This document shows, one piece after another, positions 1-9,292 of a stretch of 45,279 bases of DNA. Both the position numbers and the translations under genes were made by a program. The DNA is from Candidatus Levyibacteriota bacterium (GTDB lineage: Bacteria > Patescibacteriota > Microgenomatia > Levybacterales > UBA12049). The notes below the pieces were generated by a model. That model had not been told where the DNA came from. It saw only the letters and a list, made by a program, of their open reading frames with translations, and made no database searches. The stretch covers positions 1 through 45,279 of the forward strand of contig JACPGQ010000027.1 of the NCBI GenBank assembly GCA_016188975.1. Direction: 5' to 3'. The stretch's first letter is position 1. Each line of letters begins with the position of its first letter.

Positions 1-2
1 AA

Positions 3-122
3 TGTGGATGTAGTCGTGTAGAGGTAACGACCCGTTTCCAAAGAGAAAAAGCTCAAGCCTTTTATAAGCGATTAGGTTATGAAGCGACGTCATATAAGTT
101 CGTCAAGCCATTAATTGTATGA
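3..122 (+). CDS. 3' end of a GNAT family N-acetyltransferase (partial, starts before the window)
   Basis: Manual translation CGCSRVEVTTRFQREKAQAFYKRLGYEATSYKFVKPLIV*; AxxFYxxxGY is the GNAT motif B; stop overlaps the ddl ATG (ATGA). Confidence 0.7.
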   Translation, partial: CGCSRVEVTTRFQREKAQAFYKRLGYEATSYKFVKPLIV

Positions 123-1276
123 AACCAAAAATACGGGTCGGGATTCTTTTTGGAGGACAGTCCGCAGAACATGAAGTATCACTCCAGTCTGCCAAAAATG
201 TCATCGAAGCTCTGGATAAGGAGAAATATGAGCCAATACTTCTTGGCATTGATAAACAGGGGAAATGGCATCTGCAGCAGCAATCGGAGTTTCTTCTCAA
301 TGCAAACAATCCAAAGCTTATCGCTCTTAACAAAACAGCAACCAATGTTTCTTTGACGCCGTGGAGAACTGAAAGCAATATTCAAGTGCAGGGAAATGGG
401 GGATCACAGGGAGGGGTTGATGTTATTTTTCCGGTACTCCATGGCCCCCTCGGAGAAGACGGGACTGTTCAAGGCCTTCTCAAATTAGCACATGTTCCTT
501 TTGTAGGCGCCGGTGTTCTTGGATCAGCGATCGGGATGGATAAAGACGTCATGAAGCGGCTACTCAGCGCAGCTTCAATTCTCGTTGCACGGTTTATTGT
601 GCTTACGAGTTTGCATGTTCAAAAAAAGAAATCGAAAAACAAAAATCCGCGCAAGTTCAGCGTAGGAAAAAATTGTGATGGAATTGAGTTTGAGGAGATT
701 ACAAGACTTTTAGGACTTCCTTTTTTTGTAAAGCCTGCCAATCTTGGTTCATCTGTGGGCGTGAGCAAGGTACACTTGAAGGATGAATTTCAGAAAGCAA
801 TCGACGAAGCCTTTTCCTTTGATACAAAGATTTTGATAGAAGAGTTTGTTGAGGGAAGAGAGCTCGAGTGTGCAGTTCTTGGCAATGAGAAGCCAATCGC
901 TTCTCTAGCTGGCGAAATCGTTCCTACGCATGAGTTTTATTCATACGATGCCAAGTATATTGACGAGAACGGAGCAAAGCTTCTTATTCCAGCAGACATT
1001 CCAGAGCGGGTACTGAAACGATTGCAAGACTTGGCAGTCCACGCATTCAAAACGCTTTGTTGTGAAGGGATGGCGCGCGTTGATTTTTTCCTCTCCAAAG
1101 ACGGCAAACTTTACGTCAATGAAATTAATACCATTCCTGGATTTACCAAAATAAGCATGTATCCCAAACTTTGGGAAGCGAGTGGGGTTAGTTATTCGGA
1201 ACTTATCGATCGATTAATTCAACTAGCAATAGAGCGCTTTGAAAAAGAAAAAAATCTTAAAACGAACGTTTTCTGA
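119..1276 (+). CDS. ddl: D-alanine--D-alanine ligase
   Basis: GGQSAEHEVS, LHGPLGEDG, KPANLGSSVG, FYSYDAKY, NEINTIPGFT motifs; carries a Lys-rich insertion at about aa 165-190. Confidence 0.97.
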   Translation: MKPKIRVGILFGGQSAEHEVSLQSAKNVIEALDKEKYEPILLGIDKQGKWHLQQQSEFLLNANNPKLIALNKTATNVSLTPWRTESNIQVQGNGGSQGGVDVIFPVLHGPLGEDGTVQGLLKLAHVPFVGAGVLGSAIGMDKDVMKRLLSAASILVARFIVLTSLHVQKKKSKNKNPRKFSVGKNCDGIEFEEITRLLGLPFFVKPANLGSSVGVSKVHLKDEFQKAIDEAFSFDTKILIEEFVEGRELECAVLGNEKPIASLAGEIVPTHEFYSYDAKYIDENGAKLLIPADIPERVLKRLQDLAVHAFKTLCCEGMARVDFFLSKDGKLYVNEINTIPGFTKISMYPKLWEASGVSYSELIDRLIQLAIERFEKEKNLKTNVF

Positions 1277-1340
1277 ACATAATCCGCGGGTGGAGCCTCT
1301 CATCCACCCCAAGGGTGGGCAGCAGGAAAACGATAATAGT

Positions 1341-1895
1341 ATGCAAAGAGCTATTTCAGTTCATGGGTGGGGAGGACATCCCGATGAGGGGTGGAGACCA
1401 TGGCTTGGCAAAGAACTGGAAAAAAACGGAATCACGTTCATCAGTCCGTTGATGCCAAATACTCAGCTTCCTCAGCAGGGAGAATGGGTCTCATTCCTGC
1501 AAAAGACAGTCGGGAGACCTGATACCAAGACGTATCTTATCGGGCATAGTCTCGGAGTAATTGGAATACTTCGATATTTAGAAACCCTTCAAAAAGACGA
1601 AGAGATTGGTGGAGTAGTGTTCGTTGCAGGTTTTACTGATGATTTGGGAATCCCGGAGCTTACAAATTTTTTCCAAAAGCCTATTGATTGGCAGAAGATA
1701 AAAACACATGTTGATAAGGTTGTTTCTTTACAATCTGATAATGATCCGTATGGTTTGGCAAAATACAATGAAGATTTTAAGAAGCATTTGAATGCAGAGA
1801 CATTTTTGCTACATGACCGGAAGCACTTTTCTGGAGATGACGGCATTACGGAATTACCAGAAGCTCTGCACGCACTACGTGATATCATGATTTAA
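1341..1895 (+). CDS. RBBP9/YdeN family alpha/beta hydrolase
   Basis: VHGWGG, GHSLG nucleophile elbow, SDNDPY, terminal HF; start moved to ATG 1341 to avoid overlap with ddl. Confidence 0.88.
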   Translation: MQRAISVHGWGGHPDEGWRPWLGKELEKNGITFISPLMPNTQLPQQGEWVSFLQKTVGRPDTKTYLIGHSLGVIGILRYLETLQKDEEIGGVVFVAGFTDDLGIPELTNFFQKPIDWQKIKTHVDKVVSLQSDNDPYGLAKYNEDFKKHLNAETFLLHDRKHFSGDDGITELPEALHALRDIMI

Positions 1896-1914
1896 ATCAT
1901 GATATCAACACAAT

Positions 1915-2502
1915 ATGAGAATGATAATACTTGCATCTTCATCCCCACGACGTAAGCAGCTTCTTGAGAGCTTGGGGATTGATTTTAAGGTAGTGCCGAG
2001 CAATATCGAGGAAAAACTGAATCCCCGGCTGAGGATAGCTGCACAGGCGGTTGAGCTCTCAAGACAGAAGGCTCAAGCAGTGTTGCTAAAAGCCCCGAAG
2101 GGATCAATCATTCTTGCTGCTGATACTCTTGTAGAGCTAGATGGAGACCTTATAGGAAAACCTGAGACAATTGAAGAAGCAAAAAGAATGTTGCGCAGAC
2201 AACAGGGAAAAGTGCAAACGGTTGTTACCGGCTTTACTATCGTTGATAAAGATTCAGAAAAAGTCATATCTGGTGCAGAGGAGACGAGAGTTTGGATGAG
2301 AAAATTGACAGTCAGAGAGATAGATGCATACGTTAGGAAAGAATATGTGCTTGATAAAGCTGGCGGGTATGCGATGCAAGGAATAGGATCAGTGCTGTTT
2401 GAAAAAATTGAGGGAGATTATTTCAATGTGGTTGGTTTGCCTATGGCAAAAGTCTTTCTTAAACTGAAAAAATTTGGTTTTGATATCCTTAAGAATTTTT
2501 GA
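1915..2502 (+). CDS. maf: Maf family nucleoside triphosphate pyrophosphatase
   Basis: ILASSSPRRKQLL, AADT, GKP, DKAGGY.QG, NVVGLP. Confidence 0.95.
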   Translation: MRMIILASSSPRRKQLLESLGIDFKVVPSNIEEKLNPRLRIAAQAVELSRQKAQAVLLKAPKGSIILAADTLVELDGDLIGKPETIEEAKRMLRRQQGKVQTVVTGFTIVDKDSEKVISGAEETRVWMRKLTVREIDAYVRKEYVLDKAGGYAMQGIGSVLFEKIEGDYFNVVGLPMAKVFLKLKKFGFDILKNF

Positions 2503-2578
2503 TTCATAATTCACGCAAAATATCTCAATTGAGAAAAATTGCGTGGTTTTTCAGAAAGAGCATTGTGAATAATTATCT

Positions 2579-3193
2579 ATGACTCTAAAACGACTTTCGC
2601 CAGAAGATCCGAGGCTTAGACAGGTTTGTGAAGACATGTCATTAGCTGAGCTGAGAAGGAAAGAGATGCAAAAGACTATTGATTCTCTTCTTGATTTCGT
2701 TTTTCAAAGAAATAACAAAGGACCTGCTCATAATAAAAAAAAGCCGACCATTATTGGTCTTTCTGCCAACCAAGTCGGAGTGATGAAACGGATTTGTATC
2801 GTTGACTTGGCAATACGAAGGAAAGGATATAGTGAAATTCATGTTCTGGTAAATCCTCATATTACCTGGAGGTCAAAAACCATGCAACTTCGCAAAGAAG
2901 GTTGTGTCAATCTCCCAAATATCTGGGGGTACGTTCCTCGCAGTATAAAAATTGATGTTTCGTATCTTGACCGATGGGGAAATTCCTATGAGATGCGTGC
3001 AGTGGGGTGGGCGGCGACACTTATTCAGCATGAAGTAGACCATCTCAATGGCCTCCTCTTTATTGACCGTATTGAAGACCCCAAAAAAGCGCTGCATGTT
3101 GAGGAATCGGATTTCTTAGCATATAAGAAAGATCCAAAAAAGTGGGATAAATATATCGATGTTTCGAAATTAACCCGAGCAATTTCAAAGTAG
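2579..3193 (+). CDS. def: Peptide deformylase
   Basis: GLSANQVG, EGCVN and QHEVDHLNG metal-binding motifs. Confidence 0.93.
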   Translation: MTLKRLSPEDPRLRQVCEDMSLAELRRKEMQKTIDSLLDFVFQRNNKGPAHNKKKPTIIGLSANQVGVMKRICIVDLAIRRKGYSEIHVLVNPHITWRSKTMQLRKEGCVNLPNIWGYVPRSIKIDVSYLDRWGNSYEMRAVGWAATLIQHEVDHLNGLLFIDRIEDPKKALHVEESDFLAYKKDPKKWDKYIDVSKLTRAISK

Positions 3194-3199
3194 CTGGAG

Positions 3200-3814
3200 T
3201 TACTTGGATCCGAGGAGTTTACGGTAGACGTAAGCGTATGCCAGCATGGTGATTGGAACGGTTATAAAGAGGCCAATGCCGAGTGCGAGTGCTCCGACAA
3301 TATTGATAAGGCCGCAGGCTAGACCAAAGAGCAACAGATCCCACTTCACGCCTTTTGTTATCTCACCGCTTTTTTTGAGTGCTTCAAGTGGTCCCATATT
3401 TTTGTCGACGATAAGATAGCTATAGAAATGATACTTAATGCCAAAAATAATGCCCGGAATGATCAGGAGAAGCAAGCCTACGCCGACAAGTATCGCGTAG
3501 ATAATTGATGAGAGGATAAAATTAAGAAGAAGTGGATAGCCATTAAATAAATCTACTATCTCTGCTTTTTTGTTGTCGATAATTTTTAGTGAAATTTTAA
3601 TTGCTCCAAGGCTAACAAGCATTGAAAGCACCCAGACCGCAAGACTGAGAAGTCCTGAGAGCATCGGCGTATCTTCACGAAGTCCCTGCAGAAGGAAGTT
3701 TGGCGCGAAGTTTACAAGACCCGTGATCAAAATCACGACGACGAAGAAAGGGAGATGGGCTTTGGTTGTCTGCCAACCATATGAGAGCGCTCCACCAATG
3801 GTAAATTTTTTCAT
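3200..3814 (-). CDS. Integral membrane protein (DUF975-like)
   Basis: About 4-5 TM segments; LLLIIPGI and ALKKSGEITKG signature. Confidence 0.75.
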   Translation of the reverse strand: MKKFTIGGALSYGWQTTKAHLPFFVVVILITGLVNFAPNFLLQGLREDTPMLSGLLSLAVWVLSMLVSLGAIKISLKIIDNKKAEIVDLFNGYPLLLNFILSSIIYAILVGVGLLLLIIPGIIFGIKYHFYSYLIVDKNMGPLEALKKSGEITKGVKWDLLLFGLACGLINIVGALALGIGLFITVPITMLAYAYVYRKLLGSK

Positions 3815-3884
3815 CCATGATCAGCGTAGGGAGTTTTGTACCCTTTGTCAAGAGGTGGATGCGTAAGTATTCAATGCGCGGGCT

Positions 3885-4361
3885 TTACCCCTCATTACCT
3901 ATCTCATTAAGAGCAATGTCAAAAAGGGCATTAGTGTCTACACCATTTTCTTCTAGGATGTCGAATATTGGACTTCTTGAACTGGGAATAATCTTAAAGA
4001 ATAAAATAGATGGTGTAACTGCAGGGAGTTTTCGTTTTTCAGCAGTCAATCTTGCATCATTTATTATGTTTTTACTGTGCCAGGTGAACGGAGGACTGTT
4101 TGTGAAATACGGGAGTCGGTCATCAACTTTTCCTAGAAATCTTGTTGATAATGCTATATGTAACCTGGTAATCGAACCTCCATGTTCTGTGATAAGTTTT
4201 TGAATGTCTTCAAAGTCTAGCAATCCTCTGAAAAGATCGACCTCGTCGATGTAATTATTTCTGACGTCTAGAGCGTTCTGCCTTACAGAGGCAACCATAC
4301 GTTCTAGCTCCTCTGAGAGTGGAGGCAGGTCCGGAAGAGGTGCATATTCTGCATCAGTCAT
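3885..4361 (-). CDS. Stand-alone divergent Clp N-terminal (Clp repeat) domain-like protein
   Basis: Two ~70 aa repeats resembling ClpC N-domain pattern (FT..SK.II..A...A, LF.GLL, ILEENGVD). Confidence 0.55.
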   Translation of the reverse strand: MTDAEYAPLPDLPPLSEELERMVASVRQNALDVRNNYIDEVDLFRGLLDFEDIQKLITEHGGSITRLHIALSTRFLGKVDDRLPYFTNSPPFTWHSKNIINDARLTAEKRKLPAVTPSILFFKIIPSSRSPIFDILEENGVDTNALFDIALNEIGNEG

Positions 4362-4371
4362 GTGTATAAAG

Positions 4372-4454
4372 TGGGCGAGGAGAGATTCGAACTCTCAAGA
4401 CCTTGCAGTCAATAGTTTTTGAGACTATCGCGTATACCGTTCCGCCACTCGCCC
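4372..4454 (-). tRNA. tRNA-Leu (CAA)
   Basis: Reverse complement GGGCGAG TGGCGGAACGGTATACGCG ATAGT CTCAAAA ACTAT ... GAGAGTTCGAATCTCTC CTCGCCC A; long variable arm; CCA not encoded. Confidence 0.95.
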
Positions 4455-4503
4455 GCATATTTACCATTTGAGATTTGCCTTTCTATATTATATACTTGAA
4501 GCT

Positions 4504-5460
4504 ATGACGATTCAACAAATTTACGATTTGGCAGTTGCGATGGGAATGAAGGCAGATCCTCGTGGAGCAGCCGGAGTGAAAGAGTTTATGTCCCATACAA
4601 GACAACAATACGAAAAACTCTCTGAGAAAAAAAAGAAATATTTTGATAAAGAAAGCCTGATCCATCCGTACTCAGACTCCCGTCTTCTGTTTGGTGACCC
4701 CAAAAAGCAAGTGAAAAAAGTTATGGCCGGTATTGATGCTGAGGTGGGAGAAGTTCTCATGGTTGATAGACTCAATGAGCGTCGGGAGCATATAGACCTT
4801 CTTATCTCTCACCATCCTGATGGGCATGCTCTCTCCAGTTTGCATGAGGTTATGGACGTTCAGATTGACATGTACAAAGAAGCAGGTGTGCCGGAAAATA
4901 TTGCCGATGCGCTTTTTGAAGAGCGAAAGGGAGAAGTAAAAAGGCGATTTAACCCACTTAACCACGCGCGCACTGTTGACGCTGCGAGACTTTTAGGCGT
5001 ACCACTTCTCGCTCTTCACACGATTTGGGACAACATGGGTCATGACTTCATGGAGAAATACGTTGGCAAACGTACGTTCTATACTGCTGGAGATGTGCTT
5101 GATTATATTAACGAGATCCCTGAATTTATTGAAGCGATCAAAGGGAAGGCAGGGCCGGCGCTTGTTTCAGGGTCAGAAAATCGTCGAGCAGGGAAAATCG
5201 TCGTCGGATTTACTGGGGGTACAAATCCCTCAGTTGAGCTTTATAAAGAGATGGCAAAGGCAGGAGTAGGAACAATTATTGAAATGCACGTCGGGGAAGA
5301 TGCACTGAAAGAGCTTCGAAAGCTCCACGTCAATGTTATCGATGCTGGACACATGGCTGCAGATTCTATCGGCGCAAATCTCTTCCTCGACCAACTTGAA
5401 AAACACGGCATTGAGGTTGTCCCGTGTTCGGGACTGGTGAGAATCAAGAGAGTGAAATAG
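4504..5460 (+). CDS. NIF3/NGG1p-interacting factor family metal-binding protein
   Basis: GID, SHHP, HT.WDN, EMH, DAGHMAADS.G motifs; ATG 4504 follows TATACT. Confidence 0.85.
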   Translation: MTIQQIYDLAVAMGMKADPRGAAGVKEFMSHTRQQYEKLSEKKKKYFDKESLIHPYSDSRLLFGDPKKQVKKVMAGIDAEVGEVLMVDRLNERREHIDLLISHHPDGHALSSLHEVMDVQIDMYKEAGVPENIADALFEERKGEVKRRFNPLNHARTVDAARLLGVPLLALHTIWDNMGHDFMEKYVGKRTFYTAGDVLDYINEIPEFIEAIKGKAGPALVSGSENRRAGKIVVGFTGGTNPSVELYKEMAKAGVGTIIEMHVGEDALKELRKLHVNVIDAGHMAADSIGANLFLDQLEKHGIEVVPCSGLVRIKRVK

Positions 5461-5537
5461 CTAGATAGTTACATAGTTACATGGTTAAATAGAATAATTT
5501 GCGTTCTAGCCATATAGCTATTCAGCTATGTAGCCAT
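5457..5537. repeat. Inverted array of degenerate octamers (ATAGTTAC / TAGCYAT)
   Basis: ATAGCTAG ATAGTTAC ATAGTTAC ATGGTTAA ... CTAGCCAT ATAGCTAT TCAGCTAT GTAGCCAT. Confidence 0.8.
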
Positions 5538-5546
5538 TTTTTTATT

Positions 5547-6101
5547 ATGATTTCAGTCAACGATTTACGAGCCGGCACAACATACGAAGAAGCTGGGCAG
5601 CTTTTGCAGGTGCTTTCATTTGAGCATATCAAGATGGGTAGGGGGAGTGCTAATATCAAGGTAAAAGTTCGCAATGTCCGAAGCGGTGACACAATGGAAA
5701 AAAGCTACATCAATACCGCGAAGGTACAGAATGTAGCGGTGTATAAGAGGGAAATGCAGTTTTTATATAAGGATGAGGATAGCTGCTACTTCATGCATCC
5801 TGAGACATTTGAGCAAATTGCCATATCGCTCCAGCTTATCCCTGATCATCAATTTCTCAAAGAAGGGGAGAGTTTTCCGGTCAGCTTTTTAGGCCAGGAG
5901 CCCCTATCAGTGCTTCTCCCGCCAAAAATGGTGTTTCGCGTTGTCGAAACAGGTCCTTCTATAAAAGGAAACTCTGCTACCAATGTCTTTAAAGATGCGA
6001 TTTTGGAAAACGGCATAAAAACCAAACTGCCTCTTTTTATCAACACTGGTGATACAATACGTGTTGATACGAGAACTGGGAACTACACCGAAAAAGCGTA
6101 G
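5547..6101 (+). CDS. efp: Elongation factor P
   Basis: MISVNDLRAG, HIKMGRGSA loop, P.FINTGD.IRVDTRTG.Y. Confidence 0.96.
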   Translation: MISVNDLRAGTTYEEAGQLLQVLSFEHIKMGRGSANIKVKVRNVRSGDTMEKSYINTAKVQNVAVYKREMQFLYKDEDSCYFMHPETFEQIAISLQLIPDHQFLKEGESFPVSFLGQEPLSVLLPPKMVFRVVETGPSIKGNSATNVFKDAILENGIKTKLPLFINTGDTIRVDTRTGNYTEKA

Positions 6102-6157
6102 GGATCTGTTTCTCCTTGCTTCGCTGTTTATAATTACGTAGGAGTAAGGAATATTGC

Positions 6158-7423
6158 ATGAAGTACTCCATTATTGACGCCCTGCGGGTTAAACCATTTG
6201 CATACCTCATGTCTGCTGAGCTTTTCACTCAGCTCGGAGCGAATATTTTTAACTTCTACCTGATCCTCGTCGTTTTTTCCCTGACAAGTTCAAATATAGC
6301 AGTTGCCGGAATTGTGCTTTCTTTTACCATCCCAGCAATCCTATTTGGAGTACCAGCAGGCGTCTATGTAGACAGGTGGGAAAAAAAACGAGTGTTATTT
6401 TTATCGAATTTTATCCGCGCCTTTCTTCTCATCTTTCTTGCTTTCTTCCATCAAAACTTGCTCATCATATTTGTCATCTCATTTTTGATCGCAGTGTTAA
6501 CGCAGTTTTTTATTCCAGCTGAATCACCAATCATCCCGCTCATCGTCCCGCAGAAGCTGCTCTTGTCAGCAAATGCACTCTTCGGCTTGGGGATATACGG
6601 CTCGATGCTTATTGCATTTATTCTCTCGGGCCCAATCATTATTCTGTTTGGACAAGTAAAGACGCTACTTCTACTCGCTTGTATGTTTTTCGCAAGTTGT
6701 TTTTTTCTCTGGTTAATGATGGTACCCACCAGAACTTCAAAGAATCACAAGGGTGTCGGAAAAGTTACGAAAGCCATGGTTGAGGAGATACGTGACGTTG
6801 TACGTCTCTTATCAAATACGAAAGAAGTCCACCACTCATTATTCCTACTCGCGCTCTCACAAGTACTGATTCTCTTGATAGCATCACTTGCTCCTGGATA
6901 TGCTACATCTGTTCTCAAGGTAACAGTTGAGAGTTTTCCGATTTTGTTTATTGCTCCTGCAGCATGCGGTGTTTTTATAGGGGCAATTTCTGTGAGCCTT
7001 CTTCAGAAGGTAAAAAGGGATAAAATTATCACGATTGGTCTTTTTCTCTCAGGAGCTGCAATGCTTATTCTTCCATACGGTTCGAGGATAGCTGCAAAAG
7101 ATGTTATTATCACTATCAATCAGTATCTTCCCTTGTTTCTTAACGTAACAATCCATCATATTGTTACACTCCTTGCGTTTCTGCTGGGCTTCTCAAACGC
7201 TTTTGTCTTCGTACCGTCCAATACGATTCTTCAGGAGAAGACATCTGATGAAGTCCGTGGAAAAGTGTATGGGGTGCTTAATACGATTGTCGGTATTTTT
7301 TCACTACTTCCGCTTATTATTGCAGGTTGGCTTTCAGATGTTCTCGGAGTTGCAGCAGTTATTGTCGGCATAGGCATTACGCTTCTCGGACTTGGGATAT
7401 TTCGAGTGATTTTTAAAGTATAA
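6158..7423 (+). CDS. MFS transporter (DHA3/macrolide-efflux-like)
   Basis: About 12 TM segments; AGVYVDRWEKK motif A; EVRGKVYG. Confidence 0.9.
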   Translation: MKYSIIDALRVKPFAYLMSAELFTQLGANIFNFYLILVVFSLTSSNIAVAGIVLSFTIPAILFGVPAGVYVDRWEKKRVLFLSNFIRAFLLIFLAFFHQNLLIIFVISFLIAVLTQFFIPAESPIIPLIVPQKLLLSANALFGLGIYGSMLIAFILSGPIIILFGQVKTLLLLACMFFASCFFLWLMMVPTRTSKNHKGVGKVTKAMVEEIRDVVRLLSNTKEVHHSLFLLALSQVLILLIASLAPGYATSVLKVTVESFPILFIAPAACGVFIGAISVSLLQKVKRDKIITIGLFLSGAAMLILPYGSRIAAKDVIITINQYLPLFLNVTIHHIVTLLAFLLGFSNAFVFVPSNTILQEKTSDEVRGKVYGVLNTIVGIFSLLPLIIAGWLSDVLGVAAVIVGIGITLLGLGIFRVIFKV

Positions 7424-7426
7424 CAT

Positions 7427-8116
7427 ATGATTTTTTATTTTCTCTTTTTACTGGTTGGAATGATTACATTTCTTTTCTCAGTGTATGAGTTGGGGAAGGA
7501 TGATATGACATTTATCAGAAAAAACGTCAGTTTGGATGGATTATTTACGACAGCGTTCCTAACAATGGGAGTTGGGATTCTTTTTGCGAGGGTTTTTTAT
7601 GTGCTTTTTCATTTCAATTCGAATTATCTGAATCCTTTGATGTTTTTTCTTATCTTCTACTATCCGGGACTGTCATTTCCGGGTGGGCTTTTGATAGGAG
7701 CCATTTTTCTTCTGTTTTATGCCCGGCGCAAGAAAATGCCTCTTGGCCATACGGTAGATTACTTCGGCCTAGCCCTTTTATCTGCGATGCCATTTGGTTA
7801 CATCGCGAATGCGTTTTTGGAACCTTTCAGTACTTATAAGCACGTTTTCTTACCAGTTATCGTGACAGCACTTTTCACTATCGGAGCGGGAATTTTACTG
7901 CCCCGAACACACAGGCATGAGTTAAAAGCGGGGACACTTGGAGCATCATCAATTCTTGTTGTTTCATTTATCAACTTTCTGACAAATGTCCTCAATCGTA
8001 CGCAAGCAGGGGAACTCTCAATAACGTCTACTGACATTGTTTCACTCGTCACATTCCTTACCTCGCTGATTTTCTTTATAAAACAAGAGTACATCTTGGC
8101 GAAGGTCAAAAAGTAA
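7427..8116 (+). CDS. Prolipoprotein diacylglyceryl transferase-like membrane protein (divergent)
   Basis: GILFARVFYV and GLSFPGG resemble the Lgt N-half; the HGG His is replaced by Pro. Confidence 0.6.
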   Translation: MIFYFLFLLVGMITFLFSVYELGKDDMTFIRKNVSLDGLFTTAFLTMGVGILFARVFYVLFHFNSNYLNPLMFFLIFYYPGLSFPGGLLIGAIFLLFYARRKKMPLGHTVDYFGLALLSAMPFGYIANAFLEPFSTYKHVFLPVIVTALFTIGAGILLPRTHRHELKAGTLGASSILVVSFINFLTNVLNRTQAGELSITSTDIVSLVTFLTSLIFFIKQEYILAKVKK

Positions 8117-8117
8117 C

Positions 8118-8948
8118 ATGGAAAACTCCACGATACAAATTATTTACGAAGACGAGTCCGTTTTGGTGATCAATAAACCTGCCGGGATTACCGTAAACCG
8201 TTCTGAAACAGCGAAGGAAGATACTGTGCACGATTGGGCAGAGGAATATCTAAAAATCCGAAGCCCCGTACCATATGGTACAGGGCGAAGCACTGAGCAC
8301 CCGCCGCGGGGCGAGAATTTCGAATGTTTAAATAGGGGAGGTATTGTTCATAGGCTTGATAAGGAAACGTCAGGAGTTTTGCTGCTTGCCAAGACACCCG
8401 AAGTATTTGTTGAGCTTCAGCGACAATTCAAAGAACGACTTGTTGAAAAAACCTATATTGCCCTCGTTCATGGAATGGTGAAGCCCTCAATAGGTGAAAT
8501 ACGTGCTCCTGTCGGGAGATTGCCCTGGAACAGAAAACAATTTGGGATTGTACCCGGAGGGCGAGAATCGGTGACGAAATATAAGGTAATTTCAAATTTC
8601 AAATTTCCCCACTCCGCTGAAGCTTCGCCGAATAGGCCTACTCGGCGGGGCAAGCAAATTTCTAATGACCAATACGAAGAATTGACTCTTGTTGAGCTCC
8701 ATCCAGAAACAGGGAGGACCCACCAGATTCGTGTTCACCTCAAGTACATTGGACATCCCATCGTCTCGGATTTTTTGTATGCGGGTCGCAAGACTGCCCG
8801 TGATGATCGCAAACATCTCTCGCGGGTATTTTTACATGCGCAGTCGCTTTCGTTTCTCCATCCGACGACAGGGGAGAGAAAGACGGTCTCCGCTCATTTT
8901 CCAGAAGAACTCTCAGCATTTCTAAATTCTCTTGAGAAGGTTGAATAA
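8118..8948 (+). CDS. RluA family pseudouridine synthase, with two in-frame insertions
   Basis: INKPAG, HRLDKETSG, TGRTHQIRVH, GHPIVSD..Y, LHA motifs. Confidence 0.95.
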   Translation: MENSTIQIIYEDESVLVINKPAGITVNRSETAKEDTVHDWAEEYLKIRSPVPYGTGRSTEHPPRGENFECLNRGGIVHRLDKETSGVLLLAKTPEVFVELQRQFKERLVEKTYIALVHGMVKPSIGEIRAPVGRLPWNRKQFGIVPGGRESVTKYKVISNFKFPHSAEASPNRPTRRGKQISNDQYEELTLVELHPETGRTHQIRVHLKYIGHPIVSDFLYAGRKTARDDRKHLSRVFLHAQSLSFLHPTTGERKTVSAHFPEELSAFLNSLEKVE

Positions 8949-8971
8949 TTGAGGGTTTTTCGGTAGGATAG

Positions 8972-9103
8972 AGATATCCGAATTTATCCGAATGAAATTA
9001 CTCGTATGAATCCGGATTCTGAGTATAAAGATTTGGTTAATGCCTAACGCATGGCAAGATTCGGATATATTAGGATTAATACAATTTGGATACATTCGGA
9101 TTA
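8972..9103. repeat. Inverted array of ATCCGAAT / ATTCGGAT repeats
   Basis: ATCCGAAT x2 and ATCCGGAT on the left; ATTCGGAT, ATTAGGAT, TTTGGAT, ATTCGGAT on the right. Confidence 0.75.
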
Positions 9104-9117
9104 GGGTGGTGAGGAAA

Positions 9118-9255
9118 ATGGCTGGACAAGGATTTTTTAAAGGAGAAAAGAAAAAACAAAAAAAAGATAAACAGAAACCGTCGATTGGTGTAACTTCTAG
9201 TAAGCCAATTTTTACTCTCCCTGAAGTCATTTCTAAAAAAGACAAAGCGTACTAG
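9118..9255 (+). CDS. Small basic protein (45 aa)
   Basis: MAGQGFFKGEKKKQKK...; strong SD-like GGTGGTGAGG just upstream of ATG 9118. Confidence 0.65.
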   Translation: MAGQGFFKGEKKKQKKDKQKPSIGVTSSKPIFTLPEVISKKDKAY

Positions 9256-9292
9256 GTGATACATACATGCCTCGTTTGCAGTTCTTGCTTTC

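Noticed and set aside
612-690. Lys-rich insertion in Ddl as another palindromic element
   Set aside because: Only weak inverted symmetry (CCGCGCAA/TTGTGATGG) and loose similarity to the hairpin at about 2513-2546; not counted
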